This document shows, one piece after another, positions 30,461 through 44,208 of a stretch of 64,000 nucleotides of DNA. This DNA is from the human T2T-CHM13v2.0 reference genome, Homo sapiens. The notes beneath the pieces are model-generated. The model saw only the letters and a program-made list of their open reading frames with translations. It had not been told where the DNA came from and ran no database searches. Position numbers and translations under genes: made by a program. Where the stretch lies: the NCBI RefSeq assembly GCF_009914755.1, contig NC_060931.1, one strand, 5' to 3'. Numbering within the stretch: position 1 is the stretch's first letter; every line of letters starts with the position of its first letter.

Positions 30461-30787
30461 GATTGAAAATATAACATTATTGATGTAATTAAACTTAAAG
30501 TAAACAATTTAGGAAAATTCTGTTTAAATACAAATGTATATCCACTTCAGAAACATAAGGTTCACCTCTGTTTGAAATACTCCTTAATTTGTCCTTTTTG
30601 AGAAGATACACTTCTATTTCTTCTGGATTAAGCACATCCTAACGTAATTCTATTTTTTCCAACAGAGTGTCTGAGATATGAAAAGATTTATTGCTAAGGA
30701 ATAAACAATTTGTTAAAAGCATGTTATTGTTTCTCTTAGCCTTCATCGATTTCCTGGCATGCACTTGTAGGAACTTGTTTTCACTTG

Positions 30788-30925
30788 GTTTTTATTTTTA
30801 TTTTCTGATAGATACAGGGTCTCATTATGTTGCCCAGGCTGGTCTCCAACTCCCGAGCTCAAGCAATTCTCCACTTCAGCCTTCCAAAGTGCCAGGATTA
30901 TAGGCATGAGCCACCATGCCCAGGC
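30788..30925 (-). mobile_element. FLAM-type Alu monomer
   Basis: Single reverse left arm; flanking repeat TGTTTTCACTT. Confidence 0.85.
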
Positions 30926-32029
30926 TCTGTTTTCACTTATTTTTAATGCCTATACTTGCTTCAAAGTTAGCATCCTTCAAAGGTTAGCAATCTATAATAT
31001 ACCATCACTGGATTCCACATTTCCAATTAAAATATTTTGTAAACAGCAACAAACAATGCTCAGGGAAATTTTTAGAAAGTTCTCAAGTGTTGTGATTTAA
31101 TCTCATTTTCACAATTTTTGGATGCTCTGATCTCTATTATTCTACATGCATTTAAACATGTTACAGTCAAATGCATGTTCTATAATCCAGTATTGAGCAA
31201 AATTTTGCTCTTCACTCTCTTAACCTTCATTTACCAAAGGACTAAAGCAGTAAAAGCTAAGGCAGAAGCATCTGATTTCATTGAGGTATGCAAGGAAACC
31301 TGATTACTCACATTTTTAAAAATATCCCCATAGAATTTACAGACAGGCCACACAGAGGGGATGCAGTTTCTTTCTCTTTCTAGAGATAGATCCCTCTGCC
31401 CCCACTAAGCATACCCAGACGCACGAGAATCAAACATCTGCTTAAAGGCATTTTGGAGACCATCTAACCTCTCAATTCCAATATTTGATAAACTTCTGCA
31501 TCCAGAAATCCTCTTTAGTATCTAATACAAATGCCCTATTCTTCTTTTTAAATCATTTCCCTCTTGTCCTTTCTTCGGTGAAGAATAAAATTAGCTGGTT
31601 ATTATGATCTAAACAATAGTCCTTCATGTCTGTGAAAACCTGAAATAACATATCCTTCCACTTTTTTTTTTAAATTAGGCGATTTCAGACTTATTTTTGC
31701 CTCTGTTTATGGGTTTTTTAAAATTATTGTGTGTCTTATTTACATGTCCCAAAGCCATATTTGTTAAACTGTAAATATTCTCTAATTAAAGTAAAATAAA
31801 CCTTCACAATTCTGAAAATATTTGGTTAAACTTTCATAGTTTCGGCAAGTTTTCCCAGAATGAGACTATACGTGCAGTTTTAAGGCATATCATGTTTCTA
31901 CCTTAAGAAACGAATTAAGACTCTGAAGATGCTTAGGAGGAAATAAGCACTAAGAAGGTGATCATGAATGCAATGATAATTTTACTTATTGTTCTCCTAT
32001 AACATGTAAGCCATGCTGAATGTGACGTG

Positions 32030-33050
32030 TTTCTTGTACCCTCAAGAAGTTCACAATCTTGTCAAAGACACAAATGTATCTAAAATACTATAATACAATA
32101 AATATAATATACAAGATGCTGTGGAGTCCAGCTAACTCTGTGGGGTCAGGGTGGCAAGAAAAGGCTGAGAAAGACTTCAGTGAGGTGAAATCTAAGCTGA
32201 GTCTGAAATAGGAGGTTCACCAGATTGCAAAACAAAAATGAAAAGTTTTAAAGCAAAATGAACACATGCAAGGGCAAAGAGATTTAAAACAGCTCAATCT
32301 GCCCAGATAACTGAAAAATTAGAAGGGCTAAAGTACAGAGGAAAGGAAAAGTCAGGGCACTGGAGTAGCAAGAGTTTAAACCGAAAGGACAGTCAAGGCT
32401 TCGGTTGTAGAAGAATTTTCCGTACAGCTAAAGAAATAGGACTCTGTCCTGCAGACAGTTTAAGAAGAAAAGTAACAAGGCCAAATAGCTGTGTGTTAAT
32501 GCTATTGCACAGGGTGGCTTGCAAAGAGGGAAAATCAAAAGACAAGAAAACCAACCAAAAGGCTGACTCAGAAGTTCAGTCAAGGCAGAATGTAGGTGTG
32601 TGAACTAAAACAATGAAATAGGGATGAAGGAGAGGCCATGAAATTAAGATATTTTTGAAAGCTAGGATCAACAACTTGGTTAGCAATTTGAGGTTTATTG
32701 TAAAGAACCGAGGTCTCTAAGGATAAATATCAGGATTTCAGTTTGGATGGTGATGCCAGTAACTTAGAAAGGCAACAGAAGTAAAAGAGCAACGTTGGTC
32801 AGGAAAAATCATGATTTCACTGTTGGACTTGCTGAGTGTAAATTGTCTGTGGAGTGTTGCGTTAAAGATTGGAGTTGGCGTGTAGATGGTGTTTTGTGCA
32901 ATGCACAGCCAAGGGCTAAGGGAGCAAGTCCAGAGGTGTTGCCTTTTTCTAATCTGCACAGGGACACTAGCAGGGATCAGGTGAGGATGTCCAATGGACA
33001 GCTTCGGAGGGAAGAACCAGGCTGGAGACAACAATGTGGAAGACATCGCT
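32030..33050. mobile_element. Probable L2 remnant
   Basis: Purine-rich degenerate sequence with L2-like motifs (AAAGACTTCAGTGAGGTGAAATCTAAGCTGAGTC; TGGACTTGCTGAGTGT). Confidence 0.55.
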
Positions 33051-33266
33051 GTTCAAAGCTGTGCTGACCAATACAGTAGCCAGTAGCCAGTATCCAGACA
33101 TGTCTAAATTTAAAATAATCAAAATTAAATAAAGTTAAAAATTCATTTCCTCAGTCCCACTAACCACATTTCGTGTGCTCAATGGCCAATGTGGTTAGTG
33201 GACACTGTATCAGGTGGCACAGGTGTAGTCATTTCCATCACAGAAAGTTCTATGGGACAGTGCTGG
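33050..33266. mobile_element. MER3/MER33-like hAT-Charlie element
   Basis: CCAATACAGTAGCCA...CACTAACCACATTTC...GAAAGTTCTATGGGACAGTGCTG. Confidence 0.7.
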
Positions 33267-33294
33267 CATGGTGCATGTAAAATAAGAGGAAAGG

Positions 33295-33595
33295 GGCTCA
33301 CACCTGTGATCCCAGCACTTTGGGAGGCCAAGGCGGGCGGATCACGAGGTCAGGAGATCGAGACCATCCTGGCCAACACAGTGAAACCCCAACTCTACTA
33401 AAAAGACAAAAAATTAGCTGGGAGTGATGGCGGATGCCTGTAGTCCCAGCTACTCGGGAGGCTGAGGCAGGAGAATGGCTGAGGCAGGAGAATGGCTGAG
33501 GCAGGAGAATGGTGTGAACCCGGGAGGTGGAGCTTGCAGTGAGCCAAGATTGCACCACTGCACTAGAGCCTGGGCAACAGGGTGAGACTCTGTCT

Positions 33596-33628
<33 letters not shown>

Positions 33629-33634
33629 AAAAAA
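33295..33634 (+). mobile_element. Alu (Sc/Y-like), 5'-truncated, with an internal 17-bp triplication
   Basis: Alu body; TSD AGGAAAGG. Confidence 0.95.
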
Positions 33635-34219
33635 AGGAAAGGTTTCGGGACAGAACCCTAGGGAAAGAAGAGGTCCACAAAGAGGAGGGAAGGAAGATGA
33701 GTTGAGTAAGAAGGAGTGGTCAAGGGTGTAAAAAACAAAAAAAAATAAAGGAAGAAAATCACGCCAGTGTGACCTTCAGAAAAGAGTTCAAAGAGACTAA
33801 ATATTCAATAAGAAAAGCTGAAAAGAGGTCAAATAAGAAAAGGAGTAAAAAATTACCTATAGGTGGTTCATTTTACCCTGACAATTGGTATAGTATTGGA
33901 ATTGTTACCAATTACTTTGGATGTAAAATATCAACGAGATTAATTCTTTTACTCAGACGACGTGTTTAGCTTTTAGAAAGAAGAATTCAATTGCCCATAG
34001 GAAGGGAAATGTTGGCAATATGACATTCTCTTCCCATACTTTAATCAAGAAGGGGAGGACTTGTATTAGCCATCATCCTTCTGGGAGTGTTTCTAAGGGT
34101 GTCTAATTAAGGTCTATATAGTTGCTGAGTAAGTTTCTTGAAAGCCTATGTCAATTACCTGTATTTAGACATCAAACAGCATTATACAGTTTTCTTCTCG
34201 GATCAAAAATAAAGCTAAT

Positions 34220-34430
34220 ACAACAGTGGTTACCAGGGACTGAGGGCAGAGAAATGGGAGTTATTGTTTTACAGGTACAGAACTTCAGCTTGGGATACAA
34301 AAAAGTTCTGAAGTTGAATAGTGGTGAAGGTTGTACAACAATGTGAATGTACTTAGTGCCATTGAACTACAAACTTAAAAATAGTTGAAATGGTAAATTT
34401 TGTGGTATGTATATTTTACCACAGTAATTT
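34220..34430 (+). mobile_element. L1MB-like 3' end
   Basis: GTGGTTACCAGGG...GGTTGTACAACAATGTGAATGTACTTAGTGCCATTGAACT. Confidence 0.85.
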
Positions 34431-35460
34431 CTTTATAACCAAGCTGAGTTGAAACATGTAACATGTTAGAGAATCTGGACAAAACCTTGCACAACCCTCT
34501 ACGCCTGAGAAATTTAACATATCAAACATAAATGCTGAAAACACTGCCCACAACATCTGTTACTTGAAGTAATGCAGGTATCTGTATTAGAAAAAATAAA
34601 ACAAATTTAGATGTCACCAACAGAACAAAAATGCATTAGGCCAGTTTCATAATTAAGATGGCATTTATACCCTTTTCCTTAGTATTTGCTCCTTTGGTCA
34701 GTAGCAGCAGTTAGCTGGTAGAATGGCAGATTATAAATATCAGCAGTAAACCCCAAGGCAACCACGTTTGTACAGGCAAAACGCTCACTCTGCAATTAAG
34801 GGACAGTGAGTACTCCATGCATCACTCCTTGCGCATTCTCTGACAGACCCAGGAGCAAGGCTTAGGGAAAGGAACGCAGAAGGAAGAACCCTGAGAGAAG
34901 CCAATGGCTGCTTCCATTTGTGCTACTGCAACCAGGAAGCAGAAAATTTCAGGCTAAAAATTAAATAAAAGCAGGTGACAATTCATGAATGTACAATACT
35001 ACAATAAGCCAATGAATGTTTGGTCCAGAATCTTTTATAAATTATACAATAACTAATCTCAAGTAGTTTTTAACTCTACCTCCCATCAGCATCCAGGCAT
35101 TTCTCTGTAAGCATATTGGCAAACTGGAAGTAAACATGTGCATGTTCATGGATCACATGCTATTTCCTCCCAAAGATATTTACCAATATGAAGAACAAGA
35201 CCATCTTTCAATCAACTCAGTCTTCCTTGCCTACTATTTGGAGTTCTCTTCCGATATACAGAATTCAAGCATTCTGCTCAAAACAGAGTTTCTGCTGATG
35301 TCACAACCTAACAAATCAAATCATCTTATGGCTGTAAGTTAAAAAGGTGCTGGTACAATGTAAGACAAGACACTGGACGTGAAAACCAACCAAAGAGAAA
35401 GAAGAAAGAAGGAAACCAGAAAGACAGAAAAATACAAGAGATGAGTCATACTATACTTAC

Positions 35461-35514
35461 AACTTTCAGCCTGATAGTCTGGTACAAACTGCTCATCATT
35501 GTCAGGTACCTGAG
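35461..35514 (-). CDS. ETV1: ETV1 coding exon 6 (54 nt), AQVPDNDEQFVPDYQAES
   Basis: Long polypyrimidine tract ending TTCTTCAG|, donor GTT|GTAAGT; phase 1-1; matches ETV1 residues 61-78. Confidence 0.98.
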
Positions 35515-37109
35515 CTGAAGAAGAAAAAGAAAATTAAAAAAAATTAAGAGAGAAACTGCCAAAAGCATAAGGAATGTCAAGTAAAATCTGTCAAGTAAGA
35601 TCTTCTTGGGCTGAGATCAAACCTATGATTATTTGCCAATGAGCTCCTATTTAAAATGGTATTGACAACACTACTTAGGAGGAGAAATGGAAGGGGATCA
35701 TTGATGTCACCTAGGAACCATATATATGTCAGAAATAGGATGATGGCAGGTGTATTCCCTCCGAATTTCACCTGCCAGATGGAAATAAAAGAGATGCAAA
35801 ATAAAGAAAGCTACAGAATTTCCATTTCCTGCAGTTTTTTTTCAAGAATAGAGCAAAAGCTATTTCAATTCACCCACTGCCAGTGTGTAAGCAGCCCACT
35901 TAAATTAACCACACAATTATTTTAAGTGATGTGCAGTTATCACACACGTCTCTCTGCTTTTTTAGAAACGTCTGCTGGTATGTTCTCTGTCCTGCAAAAT
36001 ACACCATATTTTAAGATGCTTGCACTGAATTTTGCCAAAGTATGCTACAAAGGTTTTTAAATGGAAGAATGGTCCTTGATTTGGCTCATATATAATAAAG
36101 TATTATATTTCAAAGATTATATTCACATTAACAAAATAACAAACAATAACACAAATGTCATCTTTTCATTCAAAATATTTTCCTGGCAACTACTAGGCAT
36201 TAACAAAAAGAATATCACTAGTTCGTCAGTCCTCATGTCAAAAGACGTTCCTATTTTTAGTCAAGGAAAAATACTGAATAGCAAGGACTTAATGCATTTG
36301 GCAGCAATCAAAACACAAGTGCATTTTTCACTTCTAAAATGTTTTCATCACAGTTGATTTAGACATCGAAGTAACCTATTCCAAACTGAATATTAGTAAT
36401 AAGCTTTCACAAACACACATAAATACATGCAAACACACACACACACACACGCCCAAAAAATAGAAGTTAGGTTACTTTTAATTTGATAAAAATATAATGA
36501 ATTATCATCCTAATTAACTTTAGCTGTCATTTGACTAGGTAGTATTACTTCATTAGTGTTACGTAATACTGAAACTTTTTTATCCAGCCAAGTCATATTT
36601 AAATAGACGTTAATTAACTTTCTTAAATGAGCCTATTCTGCATGAGGAATGCTTATAAAAATAAACAGTCTCTTTTGAAAATGCTTCAGGTTGGTAACTG
36701 AATGGCTTAAGAAAAAAATCTACATAAAAAGGAATTCTACATTTTAAAAAAATTTTATATAAAAAAGAATACAATATACAGAATTAAAGTTTCTTTTTAT
36801 TAGTTTAATATTATTCTTTAAAAACAGACATTTGGCTGAATAAAATTTACGTTATATTATGAAGAGCATAAGAATCTGATAATTGTGCCTGTTATAAAAA
36901 CGTATGCAGTTTGACATTCAACTGTTTTCTAACAACTCTCTTCTGTACACCAATAATTAACCTTATTACCAATGCACTCTACCCCCGCTACCAAACAAAA
37001 TCAAACAAATTAATAATTTTTTCAAGTTTTAACTGATACCTATTTGATCAGCCTATATTGCAAGGAGAATTTTTTTCTCTTCATATTGCTCCAATATCTG
37101 ATACTGTGG

Positions 37110-37300
37110 GTAACAACTTCAAAGTTAGCAAACTGCAAATCTTAATTCTGTGACATGCTAGTTGTGCAACTTTGGTTAAGTTTCTGAACCTCTTAGAACT
37201 GAATTTTACTTATCAGTTTACTAGTGAAAATACAGTTTTTTGGTGAGGATTAAATGAAACAGTCTAAACGCAATGCCAGCTACTCAAGAAATGTTCCTTA
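37110..37300 (+). mobile_element. MIR remnant
   Basis: Degenerate core...GTGAGGATTAAATGAAA. Confidence 0.6.
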
Positions 37301-39532
37301 TTTTCTTCTTTCCAGTCCTCTACCCACCAACCCTTGTCTTTCAAGTCATCCACAAAAAAGTACATGTCATTACAACGCTCAGTTTAATATCTTTACTTCT
37401 AATGAAGTCTACTAGAGAGGCAACGAAACAGCTAAAATCTGTACATTAGCATTCTCTCAGCTATTAACACAACATATTTTTTTGACACTGCAGAAAAAAA
37501 TGTTCTAAAAGATTCATAAATTACAAGGCGAAGGGTGTGCTTTCAAGTAAGTCTTCATATCAAAAAAATTACAAGTGTTTTAAATATATATTTAATAAAT
37601 AACAGCAAGTACACAGATTCAAATCCTGCACATTTTTCCCATTATATCATTGTTTTGGTTTTCCCTCAGAATTAACAGCTAAACAGATATAACTATTGAG
37701 ATGCAAATATATCAACCACAACAATTACTGGGCTTTTAAAAAGCCAACATTTATAAGAATCTAATAAAAATATAATATCCCTTTACAGGAAAAGTTAAAA
37801 ATAGCTGGTGAGTAACAAAAGTATACTTGTAACTGAATATGATGGTATGAATGTTCTAAAGGTCTTTTGTTTGTTTTTGTAGCATCGTAAGCAGATTTGC
37901 AACTTCCTAATATATGTCACTGCAAGAGCAGCACAGACTCACTGATGGGTGTGTGATGTGTGCTGGAATATGTGTGAGGAAAAAAGGGCCAAATTTTAGG
38001 AGTAGAATAATCTAGAAGTTATACCTCGCAAATATACAGAAAATAGCTGCACGATAACAATCTGTAAAGAGTAAGAATAAGAATTCCTATTTCTGTTCTA
38101 ACTCCTTAACATACTGAATAAATACTTCACACTTATTCCTGAACATATTACAGAATTTTAACAAAAAACATATGACTCACATTTTCACAGAAGCTAATCT
38201 TAAGAAACTGAATAGACCAAACGAAGCAGCATGCTACTTAAATAGACAAAGGCTTAAGTATACCTCTAATTTCAAGTTAGAGTAAACGGAAAGCAGTTAA
38301 CTAAAAACACAAGTTGGATCTAGGCAAGGAAAATATGACAAAGTATTGCCACACTTGTATCATACATTTCCTTTTTTCTTCAATTCAGGGGAATACTGTG
38401 AAGGAGCAAACTGCAGCTGCCTGAAAACTTGCAGCAAGCCATACCAACTCCAAAGTTGAAAATTAACAATAGAGGTCAGCCTAAAAAAGCAATGTTTTTT
38501 CCACTACTATCTATTATAAACTGTGCTGGATATAATCACCTTTGGGGAATGAAAATGTTTCCCCACACTATGTAATTAAAGACGAAGGGGAAGAGGAGGA
38601 AAGGAGAAGGGGAGAAAGTATATACCAAAAGACCAATAAAATGCTTTCAAGGAGATTAAGCATGTGGATTTTATTGGTAATAGCTGGAGCGGCTCTATCA
38701 GTTCATTGCACGTTAATAGACCAGTTGCCATCAAGTCTCAGGATGTCGGCTTTAAAAGGGCAGTATCTGCACTCTCAGCTATTTGTTTTACCTAGATTAT
38801 TATCCAAAGTTGTTTTACTGTTTTCTGTCTTTTTGCTACGTATCAATGCATATTATCAGAAAGAAATTCATAAAAATATTAATCATGACCTATATGTCAC
38901 AAACTCACCAATTCTCCTTTTTAATTTTAATACTTTTCTTAACTAATATTGCCTTAGAGATGGGTAATTTTAAATATAGCTTGCCTTTATGTTATGCTTA
39001 TTTTTAACTTTCAAATGAAATAATAATCATTACTTAAGAAAAAGTAAGCGATGAAAAAGTTTCCAAGGTTGGCTGCAGGGAAGCGAAAACCCTCCTATTC
39101 TTACAAACTATGTGCCTGTTGGGTTTTTTTTTAAAGCTAAGGAAAAAGTGGAAGAATTACAAATAAAACAAACGTCAAGTATAAAAGGGGTTAATATTTA
39201 ATTAAAACCAGTTCTATCCACTGTAACAATGACCTGGAGCCAAACAAGGCGGAAGATGTATGAGTCATTCTTTCTGCCCGTGAATGAGACAGCTGATCTC
39301 CTCAGCAATTCCTCAAGACAAGCAGGCAGAACTGGAGTTCTGCCTCCATTCACAAAAACACAGTCCAGCATATGAGCCATGTGGCCCAACCACAATCTTT
39401 TCATGTCACACCCTTCCAGGGAGCTAAAGCAAGTAAACTTGGACTTGCAATATAAACACACCAATTTTATTGCTCTGTCTCAGAGCTCAGATCCATTAAA
39501 GGAACACATTTAAATAAATGACGTTTACAAAG

Positions 39533-39533
<1 letters not shown>

Positions 39534-39573
<40 letters not shown>

Positions 39574-39600
39574 TATACACACACACAAATACATACATGC
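39534..39600. repeat. (TACA)n(TA)n(CA)n compound microsatellite
   Basis: Direct reading. Confidence 0.95.
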
Positions 39601-42600
39601 ATCCTGCTTTACAGAGTAACTTGTTACAGAAACTTGCATGTATAAAACTAAGGAAGAAAAAAGGAAAAGACAGAAAGATGCAAAGAAGGTTTCAAGAAAG
39701 GGAAAAGAAAAACCATTACGGAAATGCCTTATTTTTCTTTTCTATTATCCAACTATTTTTATCATAAGAATACTGTAGATTGTTTGCTGAACTTTGTAGC
39801 ATTTCTCTTTGAATCAAAGAGTTAGAAACAAATTTCTCATGAGAAATTTAAATTTTATTTCAAATAAGAAGTAAAAAAAGAAAAATCCACCTTCCTACAG
39901 TGGTATGCTGTTTAATCCTAAATTGAAGCTACAGGCCATGGAACAAAATAATCATGAGTCCACTAAGCTTGGTTTTATACCACATCCACTTTTAACATTA
40001 AAATGATTGTACAAATGTAAAAGCATTAATTATGCAGAAGTATAAACATATTTAAACATACAAAAAGGAGGCAACTTTCCAATGACAAAACACCTTTAAT
40101 ACTTGATCAAGGCATTATTTCCATATTTCTATATTCTTACTGTAACAGTAAAGTTTTAGTCGTTGTGTCAAATCAGCTTCAATTCCTAACTAAAACTGAC
40201 CTGCAGTAACTTGAAAACTTAAGGGAAGCTCAGAGCCAACTAGCCGTTGTTTCTAGCCAAATATTTTCTCTAATGCTACAGAGGTCTGACTCTATTATTA
40301 TTTTTTATTATAACATTATACACAAATCAAAGGGAATAAAGTTATACTACAAAATGTAACAAACTGCACATTTCCTATAACTGAAATAGAAAAGCTTAGC
40401 AATATTTTATTTATTAGGATCCTCTGGAAAAACTACACTATACTACACCAAATCCTATTTTTCTATTTTTAAAAAAAATTTCTATTTTGTAAATAAAACA
40501 TGGATGAAAAAACATTTATGCAATTCCAATGAATGTTTAGAAATAAAATATACTTTATCTGCTGTCTTTAAGTCAAACTCAAATGGGAAGTCTTTCTCTC
40601 ATATTTTAGATTATTTTCTAGCACATCAAAAAGAGGGGTGATAGCCCATCCTCTCCCCGCCCACACACACATGAAATTATTGTTGTTCAATTATAAGAGA
40701 TTATATGGAGTTCTGTAATTCAATGCTTAATTCTAAATTCATGTTTTATGTAAACCACATAAAATAATGTCGTTTTTAAAGCCTTTAATCCTTATTGCAC
40801 CAAGTGGGGGAAAATAATTCATGAGCACATAACCAATTTTATGTTCCATTAAAAAAAAGTAGGATTTCTGAAAAATAAAAATGAGTGTATTATGACTACT
40901 GTATATTGTGGATGACATTACACATAGTAAGTAACAATAGCACATATTACTTATGATTTTGAATATAAATTTACCATCAGCCATTAAAGCGAATTGAGGG
41001 GAAAGTAATGACATCTCTGCTTTTAAGTTGACCTGACTGTTGTTTGAAGGTCACATAAAACCAAAAGGAAAAAACCCTTATTCGTATGATGTAATAAGCT
41101 TTGCTGTAGAAAGGTTGTTCTTGCAGATAAAACTCCTACTCGAAGTGTGGAGGCAGCACTAAACTTGACTCAATACAAAACCACTGGAAAACATTTTACC
41201 CTGAAGACAGAGAATATTGTTGATGAAAGTGAACCTGAAAGAACATCTAGACCGGAAACAAAATAACAGTCAAGAGAGCAGCTACACATTTACATCAGAT
41301 ATATACTGAAAATTATTATTTCCCTTTAAGTTGTGTTAGTAGGTGAGCTTTAAGAAGCAAATTTGGAAGAATACAATCCTGTCTTAATTTTTTACATCTT
41401 TCTATTTTTGTTCTGGATACACAAGAGGTTCCATTTTAACTATGACTTTCAGGTTGTTAAGAATAAGACATCACCATGATGTTGATAGAATTGATATTTA
41501 AACTCATTATTTCATGGGATCAAATAATTGCAATTGCCTTTCTGTCAGTAGCAGTCTAATTTAAAAGACAAAGAATCAATAAAGAATTGCACATAGTAAA
41601 ATTATAACATAAAGTGACTATGGCAACATTTTAAAATTGGCATATTCCCTGACTTTTTTTTTTTTTAACTACTGTGGTTACTGAAAACATTAACTTTGCA
41701 GTTTTCTTCAGAATAAGATAATTGTTTTAAACTGTGTTTAGATGTTAAAAAAAAAACCTTTAAATTGCAGTGTTATTTCTTGGGAAATGATATTAATGTA
41801 AAGTTATATTCTCCACCAACATATTTAAATCTCTGTATGGGAATTAACTTTCTTGGTAGAATGCAAGTATATTTTTACAGAGGACTTTACTGAACTGAAA
41901 ATACTGGTCCCATCCCAACCCTCAAACAGTCCTGCCTTATCTATTCCAACTTCCCCTTAGAAATAAAAGAAATTTTATAATCCATAATAATTACCCATGA
42001 CTAATCCATATGTTGCATTTGGGGTAAAATTTATGAATAGTCTTACAGAAAAAAAAAAACTAAACATGCTAAGATATCATTTCACAAATATTTGAGGACT
42101 TTTATAATTTTTCAAAAACACAATTATCATATGACATATGACAACTAACTTGACTCTTATGTCTAATAAGGTTTTTAGACCTGTTTAACTTCCCAGTGGA
42201 ATTCTAACTCATGGGAGAAACTTGATTAACTGCCAATGATCTTTTTTAAAAGGGTCAAGATGTCTTAAAATTCCATGGTCACTTTCTTGGCTATGGAGCA
42301 TTATGAAAAGAAATATGTAAACGGTTCATGGTCTGCCAATTTGGCAATGTTTTAATTTCTGGATGTCCAGAAAGACATAAATGGACACATCTCACTACAA
42401 ATAAACTAGGGTAATTTGGGGATCTCTTCTTAGCTAATACCGTTCAAGAGGTGGGATAAGTCAAGTTAAAATATCAGTGCAAAATAATATATTTAATTTC
42501 TCAAAACAAAAAAAAAGTGGAGTCTAGAAACAAGAAGTTAAAAAGATCTCTTTTCTCACTATTAGGTTTTAAACATCACGTTAACAACTTTTTACTTACA

Positions 42601-44147
42601 TCGTGATTAGATAAATTAACGTAAACTGTTTTGAAAACGCTTAAATTATTCTAAAATGAAATCTTATCCATAGTTTGTAAATAGTAGTCCACCTGGGAAT
42701 TCATATAAAACACTCATGATTAATTCCTGAACTTAATTGAAATTATAATTCTTTTCTAAGTAAAGGTCCATGTTCTTCCAAATACACTGATCATTTTCTA
42801 GGATTATTTTTTGTAGTGCTAAATCTTCAGGTTTGATTTACAGGTATGTTAATAATCCCGGAGAAAGACTATTCTCTGCAGAGTTTTAAAAGATAAATTT
42901 GGATAAATTATTGCAATCACTTATCTGAGCTACAAGACACAAAACAAGTAAGTCAAAAGTTAAAAAAAAAGTACTGAAACTGATTATAAAATGGTAAGAG
43001 TCTGTCACAGATTCCACATTTTAAAATTCCAGGAACAGAGTTGCTATGCACATTCAAAATCTGCCAGCAAGTGCACTGACTTGGAATCAATGAGATTTAA
43101 ACATCTAAGAACCAACAAACCTTCCAGAACAATTAAAATAGATATTTTAAGTTATTTTGGAGAAGCAAATAAATTCTCTCATAAAGGTAATGTTCTCACA
43201 ACCTTTGACTTTGCAAAACTAATAGGCATAAGTTAATACAAGAATCTCCATGCAAATTTTCCTTGAAAAACTTGTATCTGAATATGACTTATGTTGCAAT
43301 AAAAAGTAATGTATTGCAGTAAGTTTCATTTACACAGACTAGCAAAATGATCCTTAAATATAGCCAAAACTTTCAGTAAGTCTTACCTTCATTAACATAT
43401 AAATACAATCATCCTTTCAAAGGACTATTAGGAAAGCTATTTAACTTTAAAGATTGATAAAGATTGAAAAAGCTCTTTGGAGAACTAGACTATCAGCAAA
43501 ACAAAGAAACTTATTTTACATGCTAACAGCAACTTGATCAACTGCATTCAAGACCACCGATAAAACACGTCAGTCTGCCTCAAAGTAGCTACAGTAACAC
43601 CTGGGTTCCATTTAAAGAGACCCACTCTCTCCTTTTTAACCATCTTAAAATCTGTTCCAAAATTTGCATGTTTCCCATATAATGTGAACACACAAATAAT
43701 ACTGTTATACACTCAATGCTTAAATATCTATAATTTTTCTCTTTGTATTTCCCACAAACCACACCATAAAATTAATGTTTCACATTTGTATGCCAAATCC
43801 AAAAGAAAAATTTCAAATTATGAATGCCAACAGAAGTCCCTCAACATTAGGCATTTTTGAAGTTGTATAAAGCTTTATGAAGCAATCTCATTTTCCTATA
43901 AAGTTGCATACGATAAAAGATATAACAGATTGCACCACAAAATTTTAACAAAAAATAATTCAAAATGAAAGTAATGCCTTTAAATGTATCCTTGCTCTAT
44001 TAAATAAATCCTAATAAAACTGACAAAATAGCAAAGGTCAATTTCAGCAAACATAACATGAATAGTAACACATGGAAAACATTTTTAAAATCCTCATATC
44101 TCCCATTTATTTTAAACCCATAGATTTCCTAAGCATTAGATACACAC

Positions 44148-44208
44148 CTAACGTTCTGTGTTGTGAACAAGGTGGAAAGAAGACACTTGCACTTAAATCT
44201 TGAAGCAT
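44148..44208 (-). CDS. ETV1: ETV1 alternative first coding exon, MLQDLSASVFFPPCSQHRTL (short isoforms)
   Basis: GGGATGC start, 61 nt to donor TAG|GTGTGT, phase 1 compatible with exon 6; recognised as the N-terminus of short ETV1 isoforms; its UTR probably extends toward about 44.5 kb. Confidence 0.85.

Noticed and set aside
38542-38946. 134-aa plus-strand ORF with hydrophobic stretches
   Set aside because: Antisense to ETV1, TTG start, no recognisable homology; hydrophobicity follows T-richness
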